NCBI GenBank assembly: GCA_946476985.1
Contig: CAMKWS010000002.1
Coordinates: 121,958-185,957 of the forward strand
Origin: an uncultured Acetobacteraceae bacterium
GTDB taxonomy: Bacteria; Pseudomonadota; Alphaproteobacteria; Acetobacterales; Acetobacteraceae
Reading direction: 5' to 3'
Length of the DNA: 64,000 bases
Part shown: positions 38,294-49,072 of the stretch, piece by piece
How positions within the stretch are numbered: position 1 is the first letter of the stretch
Layout: each line of letters starts with the position of its first letter
Made by a program: the position numbers and the translations under genes
Notes under the pieces: model-generated
Database searches by the model: none
Seen by the model: only the letters and a program-made list of their open reading frames with translations
Told to the model about the DNA's origin: nothing

Positions 38294-39190
38294 TTAGTGC
38301 CGACGTAGTACGGTATCAGAAACCTGTGGAGCCGCTGCTTGATTCATCAAACGTTCTTCATCTGCCGTTGTTGGCATCTTACCAGACTTTGCCAAGGCTT
38401 CTGGATCAACCCCATCATCCGGAATAAAAACATGCGGCAGAATTTTATTCAGACGGTCTGCCACCTCTTCAGTGATATCCTGCCCATCAATATGCAGAAC
38501 AGCCTGCTCAGCATGCAGGACTAAATTCATGCCACGCGCAGCCGCCACTTTAGCAATAATGCCATCCCGCTGCTCTAACACACGCTCTATCTGATGGAAG
38601 GCAACCTGATAAGCCTCCTGAATAATACGTGCCTGATTGCTAAAGTCATGCTGATCTTTCGCACGACGTTCCTGCAAATGACGCACACTCAACTGAAGTT
38701 GATCTGCTGTTAAACTACGCGCCTGTACTTGCAGCTTTTGCTGCTCCGCCCGCCAAGCAGACTCTTCTTTCTGCACAAGGCGTGCCAAGCGATCACGTCG
38801 CTCTCCCAGAACCTGCTGCATTTCTTGCGCCGCTGTGGAAAGCTGCATCACCCCTTGTACACTAATCAGCCCAAGCACAACCGGTGGAGGCGCCACTTCT
38901 TTCGGCACCGCAGGAGATTGAGGCACTGGAGGCAATGGCAAAACTGGAGGAGCTTGCGGAACATCTCCCTCAGCGGCAGCGTCTGCACTCCCCTCATCCA
39001 CCGCGCTTGTATCTTGCTCCACAGGAGCTGCAGAAGCGCCTTTATGATGAGCAGCCGGAGCAAGCTGAGCGGCCTTCGGCACAAACCACGCTCCATTTCC
39101 ATTACTATCTCCAGCAAACGCATGCGCCACCGGCAGCAAAGATATGGCGCTCGCAGCCATGAGGGCTAAAGGAAAAGAAAAGCGCGGCAT
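38294..39190 (-). CDS. skp: OmpH/Skp family periplasmic chaperone with a long Ala/Pro-rich N-terminal extension
   Basis: Start at ATG 39190 (RBS AGAGG, signal peptide MPRFSFPLALMAASAISLLPVAHA). The C-terminal ~170 aa is a coiled-coil OmpH-like region. Canonical position between bamA and lpxD. Confidence 0.75.
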   Translation of the reverse strand: MPRFSFPLALMAASAISLLPVAHAFAGDSNGNGAWFVPKAAQLAPAAHHKGASAAPVEQDTSAVDEGSADAAAEGDVPQAPPVLPLPPVPQSPAVPKEVAPPPVVLGLISVQGVMQLSTAAQEMQQVLGERRDRLARLVQKEESAWRAEQQKLQVQARSLTADQLQLSVRHLQERRAKDQHDFSNQARIIQEAYQVAFHQIERVLEQRDGIIAKVAAARGMNLVLHAEQAVLHIDGQDITEEVADRLNKILPHVFIPDDGVDPEALAKSGKMPTTADEERLMNQAAAPQVSDTVLRRH

Positions 39191-39288
39191 GAACAACCTC
39201 TTTAAAACAAAGAAGAACAAACTTGATATCACTGAGGGATAGGCCCTCTGCTTAGAGCTACACCCCGTAATAAAGGAATATAGCCTTT

Positions 39289-41853
39289 TTAGAACTGCTG
39301 CCCAAACCCAAACCGAACCGGATAGAGACGATCCCCCTTCTCCCGCCGAATTGGCAGTGCAGCATCAATATTAATCAGACCAAATGGGCTCTTCCACGAA
39401 ATACCCAAACCGCCAGAAACACGTGGGGTCATCGTGCTACCTCCGATAGGAGTATAATACGGATCATTCATATTGTAATAATGTGATTTATCTTTCACAC
39501 GGATGCCCGAGAGGCTACCGGCATCAATAAACCCACGCCCCGTGATCCCCATGCTATCCCCCATCGGCAGAGGGAAGTTTAACTGGAACGATGCTGTGTA
39601 CATAAACGTACCCCCCAGCAAATCATCCTGCCCGGCACCTGGGCAATACCCATTACGAGACTGTGTCAGAGGATCAGACGTCGCATGCGGGCAGGAGCTT
39701 CCCGCATAATGGCCACTCCTTGGCCCCACACCCCCCTGCAAGAAGCCACGCAGATTCTGGCCACCAAGATAGAAGTTATCAATGATATTCCTATCTCCAC
39801 TGGAGCTCCAATCATTCATGTAGCCCACGCCGCCTTTGAGTTGGATGACCCAGCTATGACTGCCCGTTAAGTCATCCAGCGGAATATAATACGCCCCATT
39901 CGCCTTTAAGCGGTAATATTTCTCATTACCCCCTAACCCTGCGAAATCACCTGATGCATTCACAACATACCCAGAATGTGGGCTCATCCGATTATCGCGA
40001 CGATCATATGATAGGCTGGTGCCAATCTGCGACAATACCGACCAGCCTGCAGAATTCCGCACATAGATAGACGGCGTATCATCTTGCCAACCAGCATATT
40101 GATAACTTGGCACAGCATTTCCCACTTGGCGATCCACGATCGTATATGTCCAAGATTGCGACAAATACCGGTTGAACGAATATCCCAGACGGAAAGAGGC
40201 ACCATACTGGCCCTCATTATAACTTTGATATGTCTGGTAATTATTCTGCACCATATAGATGTCAGCACCAGCCACAAAGTTCCGCCCAAAGAAATACGGA
40301 TCTGTAAAGGAGAGGTCTGCTTGTTTCTGATAGTACGCCACCGTACCAGAGAAGCCTGTATCTATCCCCGTGCCCAGCAAGTTATGTTGCTTTAGACCCA
40401 CATTCCCCATCACACCAACATCGGTTGAGTACCCGCCGCCCAGAGAGAACTCACCCGTTGGTTTCTCAACCACATTGGCACTGATATTCACCTTATCCGG
40501 CGCAGAGCCCTGTGATTGATCAACATTCGTACTGCTAAAATAACCCAAATCCTGAAGGGCCATTTTCGTATATTTACGGTTAAATGGCGTATATGCATCA
40601 CCCTCAACCATAGGCAGATTACGACGTATCACATGGTCACGCGTAACCGTATTCCCGTTAATATCGATCCGCTCCACATACACATGTGGCCCCTCAACGA
40701 TATCAAAAAGAAGATCCACAACTCTCTTCTCAGGATTACGTGCGATCTCTGGACGAACCATCGCAAAAGGATGTCCATTCGCCTGTAACCATTCCTGCAT
40801 ATTCGTTGCGTTATCTTGAACAGCCGTGCCGTCATAATATTGATGTTTGAAGACCTCAATCTGCTTCTTCATCATCTGCGGTGTGACATGATGCACATCC
40901 GAACGCACGCCAATTTTACCTAAACGATAACGTGGCCCTTCATTGAAGGTATATGTGATATAAAAGCTCTTATGGTCGGGCGACAATTCACCTGTCGCAT
41001 CCACCATGTGAAAATCCACAAAACCATTGTGCAGATAAAAACGCCTTAAAAGCTCAGCGTCATATCGTACACGCTCTGGATTATATTCATCTGAAGAGGA
41101 GAAAAAGCGGTACCATGCACTCTCTTTAGATGAAACAACATGCGCCAGCGCACCCTCACTAAAGCTCTTATTGCCTACAAACGAGATCTTCTTAACCAAT
41201 GTTTGCTGTGATTCATTAATATTAAAAATCACATCCACTCGGTTATGCGAAAGCCGGATCACTTGCGGGATAACAGCAGCACCATAGCGGGCACGCGCCG
41301 CATAAAGATTCAAAATTTTCTGACGATCTGCCGCAACTGTTTGAGCAGAGAACACTGCACGAGCCCTCAGGCTCAGCTCTTTAACAATATCTGTGTCTTT
41401 AAGAGCATGATTCCCCTCAAAGACAATACGATTTACTACTGGATTCTCTACTAACTTTACAAGCAGAGTACTGCCATCACGTCGTAATGTAACATCACGA
41501 AACAGACCTGTTGCATATAATGTCTTCAAAGAGCGATTTAACGCACTACGGTTGAAGCTATCCCCCGGCTGCACCACCATGTAAGATAAAACCGTACTCG
41601 TCTCGATACGAGTATTCCCCGTGACCTCGATAGAGCGAATAACGCCCTCTTCGCGCCCTAAAGAGCTACCCTCCTCCACGGCAGAAGGTCGCACATGACG
41701 CACTGGAGCGTGACGATGCCCCTTCGCCAAGGCATCCTCCACTCCTGCAGAAAAGAAAACCGGAGCCATACAGGCAGACGCCAGTAGAGCCAACCGAACA
41801 GCCACAGGCCGAGAGCTTTTCGTACGCAATCCTGACAAACCGGTCTTCCTCAT
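39289..41853 (-). CDS. bamA: outer membrane protein assembly factor BamA
   Basis: 854 aa with a signal peptide, five POTRA-like repeats and a C-terminal beta-barrel ending ...FGFGQQF. Confidence 0.95.
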   Translation of the reverse strand: MRKTGLSGLRTKSSRPVAVRLALLASACMAPVFFSAGVEDALAKGHRHAPVRHVRPSAVEEGSSLGREEGVIRSIEVTGNTRIETSTVLSYMVVQPGDSFNRSALNRSLKTLYATGLFRDVTLRRDGSTLLVKLVENPVVNRIVFEGNHALKDTDIVKELSLRARAVFSAQTVAADRQKILNLYAARARYGAAVIPQVIRLSHNRVDVIFNINESQQTLVKKISFVGNKSFSEGALAHVVSSKESAWYRFFSSSDEYNPERVRYDAELLRRFYLHNGFVDFHMVDATGELSPDHKSFYITYTFNEGPRYRLGKIGVRSDVHHVTPQMMKKQIEVFKHQYYDGTAVQDNATNMQEWLQANGHPFAMVRPEIARNPEKRVVDLLFDIVEGPHVYVERIDINGNTVTRDHVIRRNLPMVEGDAYTPFNRKYTKMALQDLGYFSSTNVDQSQGSAPDKVNISANVVEKPTGEFSLGGGYSTDVGVMGNVGLKQHNLLGTGIDTGFSGTVAYYQKQADLSFTDPYFFGRNFVAGADIYMVQNNYQTYQSYNEGQYGASFRLGYSFNRYLSQSWTYTIVDRQVGNAVPSYQYAGWQDDTPSIYVRNSAGWSVLSQIGTSLSYDRRDNRMSPHSGYVVNASGDFAGLGGNEKYYRLKANGAYYIPLDDLTGSHSWVIQLKGGVGYMNDWSSSGDRNIIDNFYLGGQNLRGFLQGGVGPRSGHYAGSSCPHATSDPLTQSRNGYCPGAGQDDLLGGTFMYTASFQLNFPLPMGDSMGITGRGFIDAGSLSGIRVKDKSHYYNMNDPYYTPIGGSTMTPRVSGGLGISWKSPFGLINIDAALPIRREKGDRLYPVRFGFGQQF

Positions 41854-42022
41854 CCAAATTCTTCCGAATACCCCACCCGCTGTATGATATCACAACGTTC
41901 CGAGGCATTCTCGCTCTCACAGACAGAGCAACACACAAGCATTACCTTTACCAAAAGCCAATACTTGTTTCAGTTATATACTCTACCTCACTGGCTCTTT
42001 TCCATCATTGCGGGGGGTAAGA

Positions 42023-43108
42023 TCAACCCCCATGTGAGAACAACCGATGGAAAAAACCGAACCCACTAAGATCATTAAACGTCGAAAAAATAAAAAGAGC
42101 ACCAACAAGCAGCAAACCTACCTGCAGAGCATAACCTTGTATTTTTTCAGAGAGCGGGCGACCACGCACAGCTTCACACGCGTAAAACAGCAAATGCCCA
42201 CCATCAAGCATCGGTACAGGGAACAAATTAAACAGACCCAAGTTAGCCGATAGCATCGCAATAAATGCCAAGGAACTCGCCAGCCCATAATCCACTGCCT
42301 GGCCAGACATCTGCACAATACCAATAGTGCCAGAAAGCTGCCGCGCGCTTCTCTGCCCTGTAATGATCTGCCACAAGGTCTCAACGACCTGCTTACAAAT
42401 TTGCCATGTTTTCGCAAAAGCAGCCGGAACAGCCTTATAAATAGGCAAAGGAGCAGCACGGGTAAGGGTAAAACCAACCCCTAAGCGCCCAACGGTATGC
42501 CCTGCCTGCTCAAAACGCTCCAAAGTTACAGGCACATCCTGAATCTGATCATGCCGAACAATCCCAAGATGCACAGTCTCACCTGGATGAGCGGCGATCT
42601 GCGCCTGCAAATCTCCCACATTAAGAATTTGGTGCCCATCAAGCTTCTGGATCTTATCTCCTAGCATAAGACCTGCTTTCTCAGCTGCCCCACCAGCCGC
42701 AAGCGTGCTGATATCTGAGCGTATCTCAGGCCGACCAAAGCAAGAAAAGAGAATAACAAACAGTAAAATTGTCAGGATAAAATTAAAAACAGGCCCCGCA
42801 ACTGTAATAATTGCCCGGGATAAAACAGATTTGCGATTGAAGGCATTTTCGTCCCCTTCCTCTACTGGCGCATCGGAACGATTTTCAAAGCCACGCATCT
42901 TCACATAACCACCAAGAGGGAAAAGACTCAGCTGCCAGCTGGTACCTGCCTTATCCTTCCATGATGTTAAGGCGGGGCCAAAACCGATGGAGAACACATC
43001 TACCTGCACCCCGCGCCAACGTGCTGCAATATAATGCCCAAATTCATGCACAAACACGACAATACCGAACACCACAAGCCCGGCGAGAATAGTTTGTAAA
43101 CTGTGCAT
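42023..43108 (-). CDS. rseP: RIP zinc metalloprotease RseP
   Basis: 361 aa with HEFGHY in TM1, a PDZ domain and the NLFPVPMLDGG motif. Confidence 0.9.
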   Translation of the reverse strand: MHSLQTILAGLVVFGIVVFVHEFGHYIAARWRGVQVDVFSIGFGPALTSWKDKAGTSWQLSLFPLGGYVKMRGFENRSDAPVEEGDENAFNRKSVLSRAIITVAGPVFNFILTILLFVILFSCFGRPEIRSDISTLAAGGAAEKAGLMLGDKIQKLDGHQILNVGDLQAQIAAHPGETVHLGIVRHDQIQDVPVTLERFEQAGHTVGRLGVGFTLTRAAPLPIYKAVPAAFAKTWQICKQVVETLWQIITGQRSARQLSGTIGIVQMSGQAVDYGLASSLAFIAMLSANLGLFNLFPVPMLDGGHLLFYACEAVRGRPLSEKIQGYALQVGLLLVGALFIFSTFNDLSGFGFFHRLFSHGG

Positions 43109-44286
43109 TACTTCACCACCTTCAGCATCTGAGACCGGGCCAGCTCACGCCCCACATTATCCCAATGATAAATATCTTCGAGAGATGTGGGTTCTGGGTT
43201 CTCTGGCATAGCCTGCAAAGCAGCATCAATTAACTCGCCAATCCCTAAGAAACGTATCTTCTCAGCTAAGAACGCCTCCACAGCAATTTCATTTGCTGCT
43301 GAGAAGACCGTTGGTGCAACCCCGCCAGCACGCAATACTTGGCGCGCGAGACGCAACGGTACAAAGCGTTCTTCATCAACAGCTTCAAAGTCCATGCGTG
43401 CGAGCTTTGCAAAGTCTAGCCGCTCACACGCCGTATCCATCCGCGTTGGCCATGCAAGAGTATGTGAAATCGGAATACGCATATCTGGCGCTCCCATTTG
43501 CGCCACAAAGCTACCATCCCGGAAGCACACCATACCATGCACAACAGATTGCGGATGCACCAGCACATCAATTTGCTCTTCTGGCAAATTGAAAAGTCGT
43601 GCAGCCTCAATGACCTCGAGCCCTTTATTCGCCATAGAAGCCGAATCAATGGTAATCTTCGCTCCCATTGACCATGTCGGATGCTTCAACGCCTGGGCTG
43701 GAGTCGCCTTTGCCATCTCTTCTTTTGTAGAACAGCGGAATGGCCCACCAGATGCCGTAAGGACAATCTTCTCTACTAATGAGATATCAGCCCCGCCGAG
43801 GGACTGAGCAATGGCATTATGCTCGGAATCAACTGGAAGCAACTCTGCCCCAGCGTCACGAACAGCTTTCAACATGACATCGCCAGCACATACGAGAGCT
43901 TCTTTATTAGCAAGCGCAACCTTATGGCCGTTTTTTACCGCTTCAAGCGTTGGAGCAAGACCCGCAGCACCTGTAATAGCCGCCATCGTCCAATCGGCCT
44001 CTAATGCACCTGCATCAATTACAGCTTGCCGCCCAGCTGCAACCTTTACATTCGTACCGGCTAAACGCTCTTTAAGCTCTTCATAACATGTCTCATCATG
44101 CAAGACCGCCAGTTCAGCATTCAGCTCCCGCGCCTGTTCAGCTAAAAGAGCTGCATTTCGCCCACCAACAAGAGCGCGAACTTGGATGGAATCTGCCTGC
44201 GTCTTCAAAAGATCGACCGTGGATGTGCCGATGCTTCCCGTGCTTCCCAAAACACTAATCCGCCGACGTGTAGAACCTCCACCCAT
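43108..44286 (-). CDS. dxr: 1-deoxy-D-xylulose-5-phosphate reductoisomerase
   Basis: Motifs ISVLGSTGSIGTST and LANKEALV. Start chosen at ATG 44286; the track extends to GTG 44322. TAATG overlap with the rseP start. Confidence 0.95.
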   Translation of the reverse strand: MGGGSTRRRISVLGSTGSIGTSTVDLLKTQADSIQVRALVGGRNAALLAEQARELNAELAVLHDETCYEELKERLAGTNVKVAAGRQAVIDAGALEADWTMAAITGAAGLAPTLEAVKNGHKVALANKEALVCAGDVMLKAVRDAGAELLPVDSEHNAIAQSLGGADISLVEKIVLTASGGPFRCSTKEEMAKATPAQALKHPTWSMGAKITIDSASMANKGLEVIEAARLFNLPEEQIDVLVHPQSVVHGMVCFRDGSFVAQMGAPDMRIPISHTLAWPTRMDTACERLDFAKLARMDFEAVDEERFVPLRLARQVLRAGGVAPTVFSAANEIAVEAFLAEKIRFLGIGELIDAALQAMPENPEPTSLEDIYHWDNVGRELARSQMLKVVK

Positions 44287-44369
44287 GACCTTATTCCCTT
44301 CTCTTTCTTCGTAAAATATCACTTATAAATACAAAGTGATATACATACCCCCATGGCTAACCAGCCACA

Positions 44370-45173
44370 TCATTTGTCAATAAAGTGCCACAAAGGCACA
44401 GTTCCACTCAGCCATGCCAAGAGCGCTCCAACAGGCCCTGCCAGCAACAGAGCATCTAATCTATCTAAAAGACCACCATGCCCAGGGATCAACTGCCCTG
44501 AATCTTTCACACCCAATCGGCGCTTAAAGGCACTCTCTAGCAAATCACCAGCTTGCGCTGCGATGGCTAAAACTCCCCCAGCAATAAATGCCCAATAGGT
44601 CCATTCATGCTCAGCCCAGTATCCAATGAGACCACCAGCCACCATAGCCCCCAGCAAGCCTCCCACAGAGCCTGAAATCGTTTTCCCTGGTGAAATTGCT
44701 GGAGCGAGCTTTGGCCCACCTAGCAGTCGTCCCACTACATAGGCACAGCTATCACTCGCGATCACACTGAAAATAACGAAGAATGTCTCATACATCCCTT
44801 CTGACCGGCCACGCAGCCACAGAAGAGATATCCCTCCGATGATCGCAACTAAAACAGGCCCGGCTGCTCGCACACCAAACAGAAGCGCTCCGGCCGTCAG
44901 ATACAACACAGCAAACCAATTGCCCTGTATACTGGCCACGGCAGCACAAACAGGCCACAGCAGAAACAACACACCCCGCAGGCTCTTCATCTTCTGCCCA
45001 AGAAGCGTTTCACCCTCCCAGACCAACCCTGCCATCACAAGAAGGATTAAAGCCTTATACGCCCAGCCTCCTAGCCACAAACAAGCGACAACAACAGGTA
45101 CAATCACAAGGCTAGATAAAACACGCTTCTGCAACTCTGTAAGGCCACCATGCGAAGCTGAAGATGTTGTCAC
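44370..45173 (-). CDS. cdsA: phosphatidate cytidylyltransferase
   Basis: 267 aa polytopic membrane protein with the C-terminal signature SAFKRRLGVKDSGQLIPGHGGLLDRLD. Confidence 0.9.
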   Translation of the reverse strand: MTTSSASHGGLTELQKRVLSSLVIVPVVVACLWLGGWAYKALILLVMAGLVWEGETLLGQKMKSLRGVLFLLWPVCAAVASIQGNWFAVLYLTAGALLFGVRAAGPVLVAIIGGISLLWLRGRSEGMYETFFVIFSVIASDSCAYVVGRLLGGPKLAPAISPGKTISGSVGGLLGAMVAGGLIGYWAEHEWTYWAFIAGGVLAIAAQAGDLLESAFKRRLGVKDSGQLIPGHGGLLDRLDALLLAGPVGALLAWLSGTVPLWHFIDK

Positions 45174-45973
45174 GCTGGGCGCCCTCCAAAGCGTCTATGA
45201 CGCTGCATATAATCTTTTAAAACAGCTGCAAAATCTGCCTCTGAAAAATCCGGCCACAGGACATCCAGAAAGATCAACTCAGCATAAGCGGACTGCCATA
45301 GGAGAAAATTGGAAAGGCGACTTTCTCCGCTTGTCCTCACAATGATATCAGGGTCAGGAGCATCGCCCGTTTGTAAGGCAGACGAAAACACATCTTCGTT
45401 GATATCCTCTAGCCGCAACGCACCTTGCTGTACCTTACTTACCAGATCCCGGGCCGCACCTACAATCTCAGCCCGCGCACCGTACGATAACGCCAAAAAC
45501 AGTGTCAGCCGTTTGTTATTACGTGTTTTCTCCTCAGCCTGACGAAGCTCCGCACATAGCTCTTCACCAAAACGCTCAGGCTCACCAATAATTCTCAGCC
45601 GCACCCCCTCACGGTCTAATGCGTCAAAACGATGGCGTAGATAGAACTGCAATAAAGATGTCAGCTCCTCAATTTCCTCTCCAGAACGACGCCAGTTTTC
45701 TAAAGAAAACGCATAAAGGGTTAAATACTCTACACCATGCTCCAGCGCCGCACTTACGCAGCGCTGCAAAGCTTCGCCCCCCTCATAATGCCCCTGTGCA
45801 ATAGGGACACCACGCGCACGCGCCCAACGCCCGTTACCGTCCATAATAACGGCAACATGGCGCGGGGGCTGCTGAGAAGATGCCTCAGGAGAGGTAGAAG
45901 AAATATCTGACAACGTTCTAAAATCAGACCTGTTTAATATCACGCTCTTTATCAGCCAGCATGCTATCAACAC
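45170..45973 (-). CDS. uppS: isoprenyl transferase (undecaprenyl diphosphate synthase)
   Basis: Motifs [13 protein letters not shown] and the ERxFxxW-type C-terminus. The true start is probably internal (GTG 45943 or TTG 45913), because the longest ORF overlaps frr by 50 nt. Confidence 0.9.
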   Translation of the reverse strand: MLIACWLIKSVILNRSDFRTLSDISSTSPEASSQQPPRHVAVIMDGNGRWARARGVPIAQGHYEGGEALQRCVSAALEHGVEYLTLYAFSLENWRRSGEEIEELTSLLQFYLRHRFDALDREGVRLRIIGEPERFGEELCAELRQAEEKTRNNKRLTLFLALSYGARAEIVGAARDLVSKVQQGALRLEDINEDVFSSALQTGDAPDPDIIVRTSGESRLSNFLLWQSAYAELIFLDVLWPDFSEADFAAVLKDYMQRHRRFGGRPA

Positions 45974-46490
45974 GCCCGATATATTCGTCTGTCTGCTTCT
46001 GAATGGCAGCCGTCCAGACTTTCATATCATCTTGGCTGATATCGCTGTTTTTCTCTAATGCTTTAGTCTTATCCATTCCATCACGACGGACACCACGCAC
46101 AGCCACACGAGCCCCCTCAGCGTAACGGGCAGCGGCTTTCGCCATTTCGTTACGACGCTCTTCCGTCAACTGTGGGATAGGCACGCGAATTGTCTGCCCC
46201 TCAGCCGCTGGATTAAGCCCTAACCCGCTATCACGAATGGCTTTTTCAACAGAAGACACAACGCTCGCATCCCATACAGAAACTGTGAGCATACGCGCCT
46301 CTGGCACAGCAACAGATCCCACCTGAGATAACGGGACAACAGAACCATAAGCCTCAACACGTACAGGCTCCAAAAGATTGGGGCTCGCACGGCCAGAACG
46401 CAAACCAGAAAGATCCCGGCGCAAGCTCTCCAATGCTCCTTCCATGCGACGTTTTAAATCAGCAAGAAGATCATTCAGTTCAGTGCTCAT
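45924..46490 (-). CDS. frr: ribosome recycling factor
   Basis: 188 aa with [19 protein letters not shown] and [11 protein letters not shown]. Confidence 0.95.
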   Translation of the reverse strand: MSTELNDLLADLKRRMEGALESLRRDLSGLRSGRASPNLLEPVRVEAYGSVVPLSQVGSVAVPEARMLTVSVWDASVVSSVEKAIRDSGLGLNPAAEGQTIRVPIPQLTEERRNEMAKAAARYAEGARVAVRGVRRDGMDKTKALEKNSDISQDDMKVWTAAIQKQTDEYIGRVDSMLADKERDIKQV

Positions 46491-46559
46491 GATAAATTAT
46501 TCCCTCAGTCATCCACATCGCACATACAGCCCTGTAGGGCTGCTGGCTTCATATATCAA

Positions 46560-47297
46560 TTAATTCTCAACAATCCGAGTAAAGCGTCCTTCTCCACGCA
46601 TAGCCGCCTCAAAGGCACCGTGAGCATGGATGTTAAAGACAATAATGGGCAAGGCGTTCTCACGAGCAAGACTAATCGCCGCCGCATCCATAACCTTCAA
46701 GTTACGAGCAAGAGCATCCATATAAGTTAGCTGCTCATAGCGTTCTGCATCTGGATTAAGGCGCGGATCAGCAGAGTAGACACCATCAACCTGCGTCCCC
46801 TTAAACAGAGCATCACACTCCATCTCATTCGCACGCAGGGCAGCCGCCGTATCTGTCGTGAAGAAAGGATTCCCCGTGCCAGCAGCGAAGATCACCACAC
46901 GCCCCTTCTCCATGTGTCGAACAGCACGACGACGAATATAAGGCTCAGCAATAGAGGCCATATGGATAGCCGTCATAACCCGCGTCTCCACATCACGCTT
47001 CTCTAGCGCATTCTGGAGCATAAGAGCATTGATAACCGTTGCCAACATACCCGCATAATCGCCCTGCACACGGTCCATCCCTTTAGCGGCCGCAGCTAAA
47101 CCTCGGAAGATATTTCCTCCGCCAACAACCAAGCAGACCTGCCCGCCCATTGCCGCAACTGCAGCAATATCAGCCGCAACCATATCGACCATTTCCGGAT
47201 CAACACCGGAAGTTCCCTTACCCATAAGCGCCTCACCAGACACCTTGAGCAGAACTCGTTTATACGGAAATTTCGGCTGTTGTGGGGTAGTGCTCAT
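46560..47297 (-). CDS. pyrH: UMP kinase
   Basis: 245 aa with [13 protein letters not shown] and [10 protein letters not shown]. Confidence 0.95.
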   Translation of the reverse strand: MSTTPQQPKFPYKRVLLKVSGEALMGKGTSGVDPEMVDMVAADIAAVAAMGGQVCLVVGGGNIFRGLAAAAKGMDRVQGDYAGMLATVINALMLQNALEKRDVETRVMTAIHMASIAEPYIRRRAVRHMEKGRVVIFAAGTGNPFFTTDTAAALRANEMECDALFKGTQVDGVYSADPRLNPDAERYEQLTYMDALARNLKVMDAAAISLARENALPIIVFNIHAHGAFEAAMRGEGRFTRIVEN

Positions 47298-47391
47298 ATT
47301 CGCGCCGGCTCTCTAACTGGTGTATCCTGAATGTAATCTTCCCTCTCATACAGAGCCAACTCTGCATGAACAAGCGAAACTGCATGCTTAA

Positions 47392-48327
47392 TTAGGCATA
47401 ATCTGCCAAACCAAGCGCCCGCAGACGTGCTGTTTCTTTATCCCACGCAGCTCTTTCCTTAACATTCAGGAATAAATGACACTGCGTCTCAAGCAATCCT
47501 TCTAACTGTTTTCTCGCCCGCATACCGATCTCGCGAATACGCTGTCCACGTTCACCAATCAAAATAGCTTTATGCCCAGAACGTGACACATAAATCGTCA
47601 CATCAATCCGCACAGAACCATCTTTCCGAGCCTTAAAAGACTCTGTTTCAACAGTTGCATGATAGGGAATCTCCTCATGCGTTTGAAGAAACACCTGCTC
47701 CCGCACAATTTCAGCCGCTAGCAACCGGTCTGGCAGGTCGGTTAGATCATCCTCAGGATAAAGGTAAGGCCCCTCCGGCAAACGACGCGCCAAAGCGTCT
47801 AGCACTTCATCCACGCCATCACCTGTTCGCGCACTGACCATATAAACCTCCTCTACTTCGAGCAGGCTGGTCACCTCTTGTGTTAACGGCAAAAGCTGAT
47901 CTCGCGGGATAAGGTCTGTCTTATTTAAAACCAACCAAACCTTCGTTTTGCCTTCATTCAGCTTCGCGATGATCTCCTTGATTTCATCTGTCAAACCTAT
48001 ACGGCTATCTACCAGAAGCAATGTCAGGTCAGCATCCTGAGAGCCACTCCAAGCGGCATTGACCATCGCCCTATCTAAACGCCGCTTAGGTTTAAAAATG
48101 CCAGGCAGATCCACAAAGATAATCTGCGTCTGTTCACGCATGACAATTCCAAGAGTACGGAATCGTGTTGTCTGCGCTTTGGGACTCACAATCGAAAGTT
48201 TTGCCCCCGCCATGCGGTTCAACAATGTAGATTTACCCGCATTAGGCGCACCAACCAGCGCAACAAAACCACATTTCGTTTGCCCTAAAGGCATACCTTC
48301 TCTTGAAGGTGTGAGGTGATCAGGCAC
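47392..48327 (-). CDS. era: GTPase Era
   Basis: G1 GAPNAGKST, G3 DLPG, G4 NKTD and a C-terminal KH domain. Confidence 0.95.
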   Translation of the reverse strand: MPDHLTPSREGMPLGQTKCGFVALVGAPNAGKSTLLNRMAGAKLSIVSPKAQTTRFRTLGIVMREQTQIIFVDLPGIFKPKRRLDRAMVNAAWSGSQDADLTLLLVDSRIGLTDEIKEIIAKLNEGKTKVWLVLNKTDLIPRDQLLPLTQEVTSLLEVEEVYMVSARTGDGVDEVLDALARRLPEGPYLYPEDDLTDLPDRLLAAEIVREQVFLQTHEEIPYHATVETESFKARKDGSVRIDVTIYVSRSGHKAILIGERGQRIREIGMRARKQLEGLLETQCHLFLNVKERAAWDKETARLRALGLADYA

Positions 48328-49072
48328 GTTTTATCTCCTGCCCTATTTTCTTTAACAAATCAGATGCCGCAGCACTTTCGGCCAGTCGCTTACTGCCAGC
48401 TTTTCCAAGCCCAACCTCGCCCAGGGCACGCACCTCAACACAAAAAACAGGCGCATGCGAAGGGCCATCGGCTGACACCAACTCATACCGAGGCAAGGCC
48501 TCTCCACGACCAAGAAGGAATTCTTGCAACAGAGTTTTGGGCTCCTTATGAGGCTGCCCACTTTTCTCAATATCGTGCCCCCATAAACGGCGCACGACGC
48601 GACGCGCAGGGTCTAGCCCAGCATCAAGATATAGAGCCCCTAATAAAGCCTCCATAGCATCGGCCAAAACACTCGCCAGAGAACGAATCCCTGCATTCTC
48701 TTCATGCTGAGCAATTTGGATTGCCCCAGCCAGCTCAACACGCTCAGCAATACGAGCCAAAACTGGTCGTGAAACAAGATGCGCATGCCGAGCGCCCAAC
48801 GCCCCTTCCTGCTCCTCTGGATACCGCTCAAAAAGCCATTCTGCCATCAACAGCCCAAGAACCCTATCGCCTACAAACTCTAGACGCTCATTAGAGCCCT
48901 GCCCTCGTGGGGCCTTTTGCACGTTGCGCCCACGCTGGCGCCCTTTCCCCCGCCCTTGCCGGCGCGGCACAGCAGAACGATGAGTTAATGCCTCATGCAA
49001 TAGCTCTAGCTTAGAAAAGCGATGCTCCAACTTGTCTTCTACAAGCCGAACGGCGTCATCTAATGTCATCAT
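48320..49072 (-). CDS. rnc: ribonuclease III
   Basis: Motifs ALTHRS...NERLEFVGDRVLG, and a C-terminal dsRBD (PKTLLQE..., SKRLAESAAASDLL). An Arg/Gly-rich insert lies inside the signature (see findings). Confidence 0.9.
   Translation of the reverse strand: MMTLDDAVRLVEDKLEHRFSKLELLHEALTHRSAVPRRQGRGKGRQRGRNVQKAPRGQGSNERLEFVGDRVLGLLMAEWLFERYPEEQEGALGARHAHLVSRPVLARIAERVELAGAIQIAQHEENAGIRSLASVLADAMEALLGALYLDAGLDPARRVVRRLWGHDIEKSGQPHKEPKTLLQEFLLGRGEALPRYELVSADGPSHAPVFCVEVRALGEVGLGKAGSKRLAESAAASDLLKKIGQEIKRA

Noticed and set aside
42012-42030. ggggg-N9-ccccc hairpin at the rseP stop as a terminator before bamA
   Set aside because: No U tract follows on the transcribed (minus) strand. It is more likely an incidental stem within an operon.
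43187-43807. 206-aa + strand ORF inside dxr (also 44839..45345 inside cdsA/uppS and 38729..39169 inside skp)
   Set aside because: These are antisense shadow ORFs with Ser/Ala/Arg-rich translations, no RBS and no recognisable motifs. The sense-strand genes are unambiguous.
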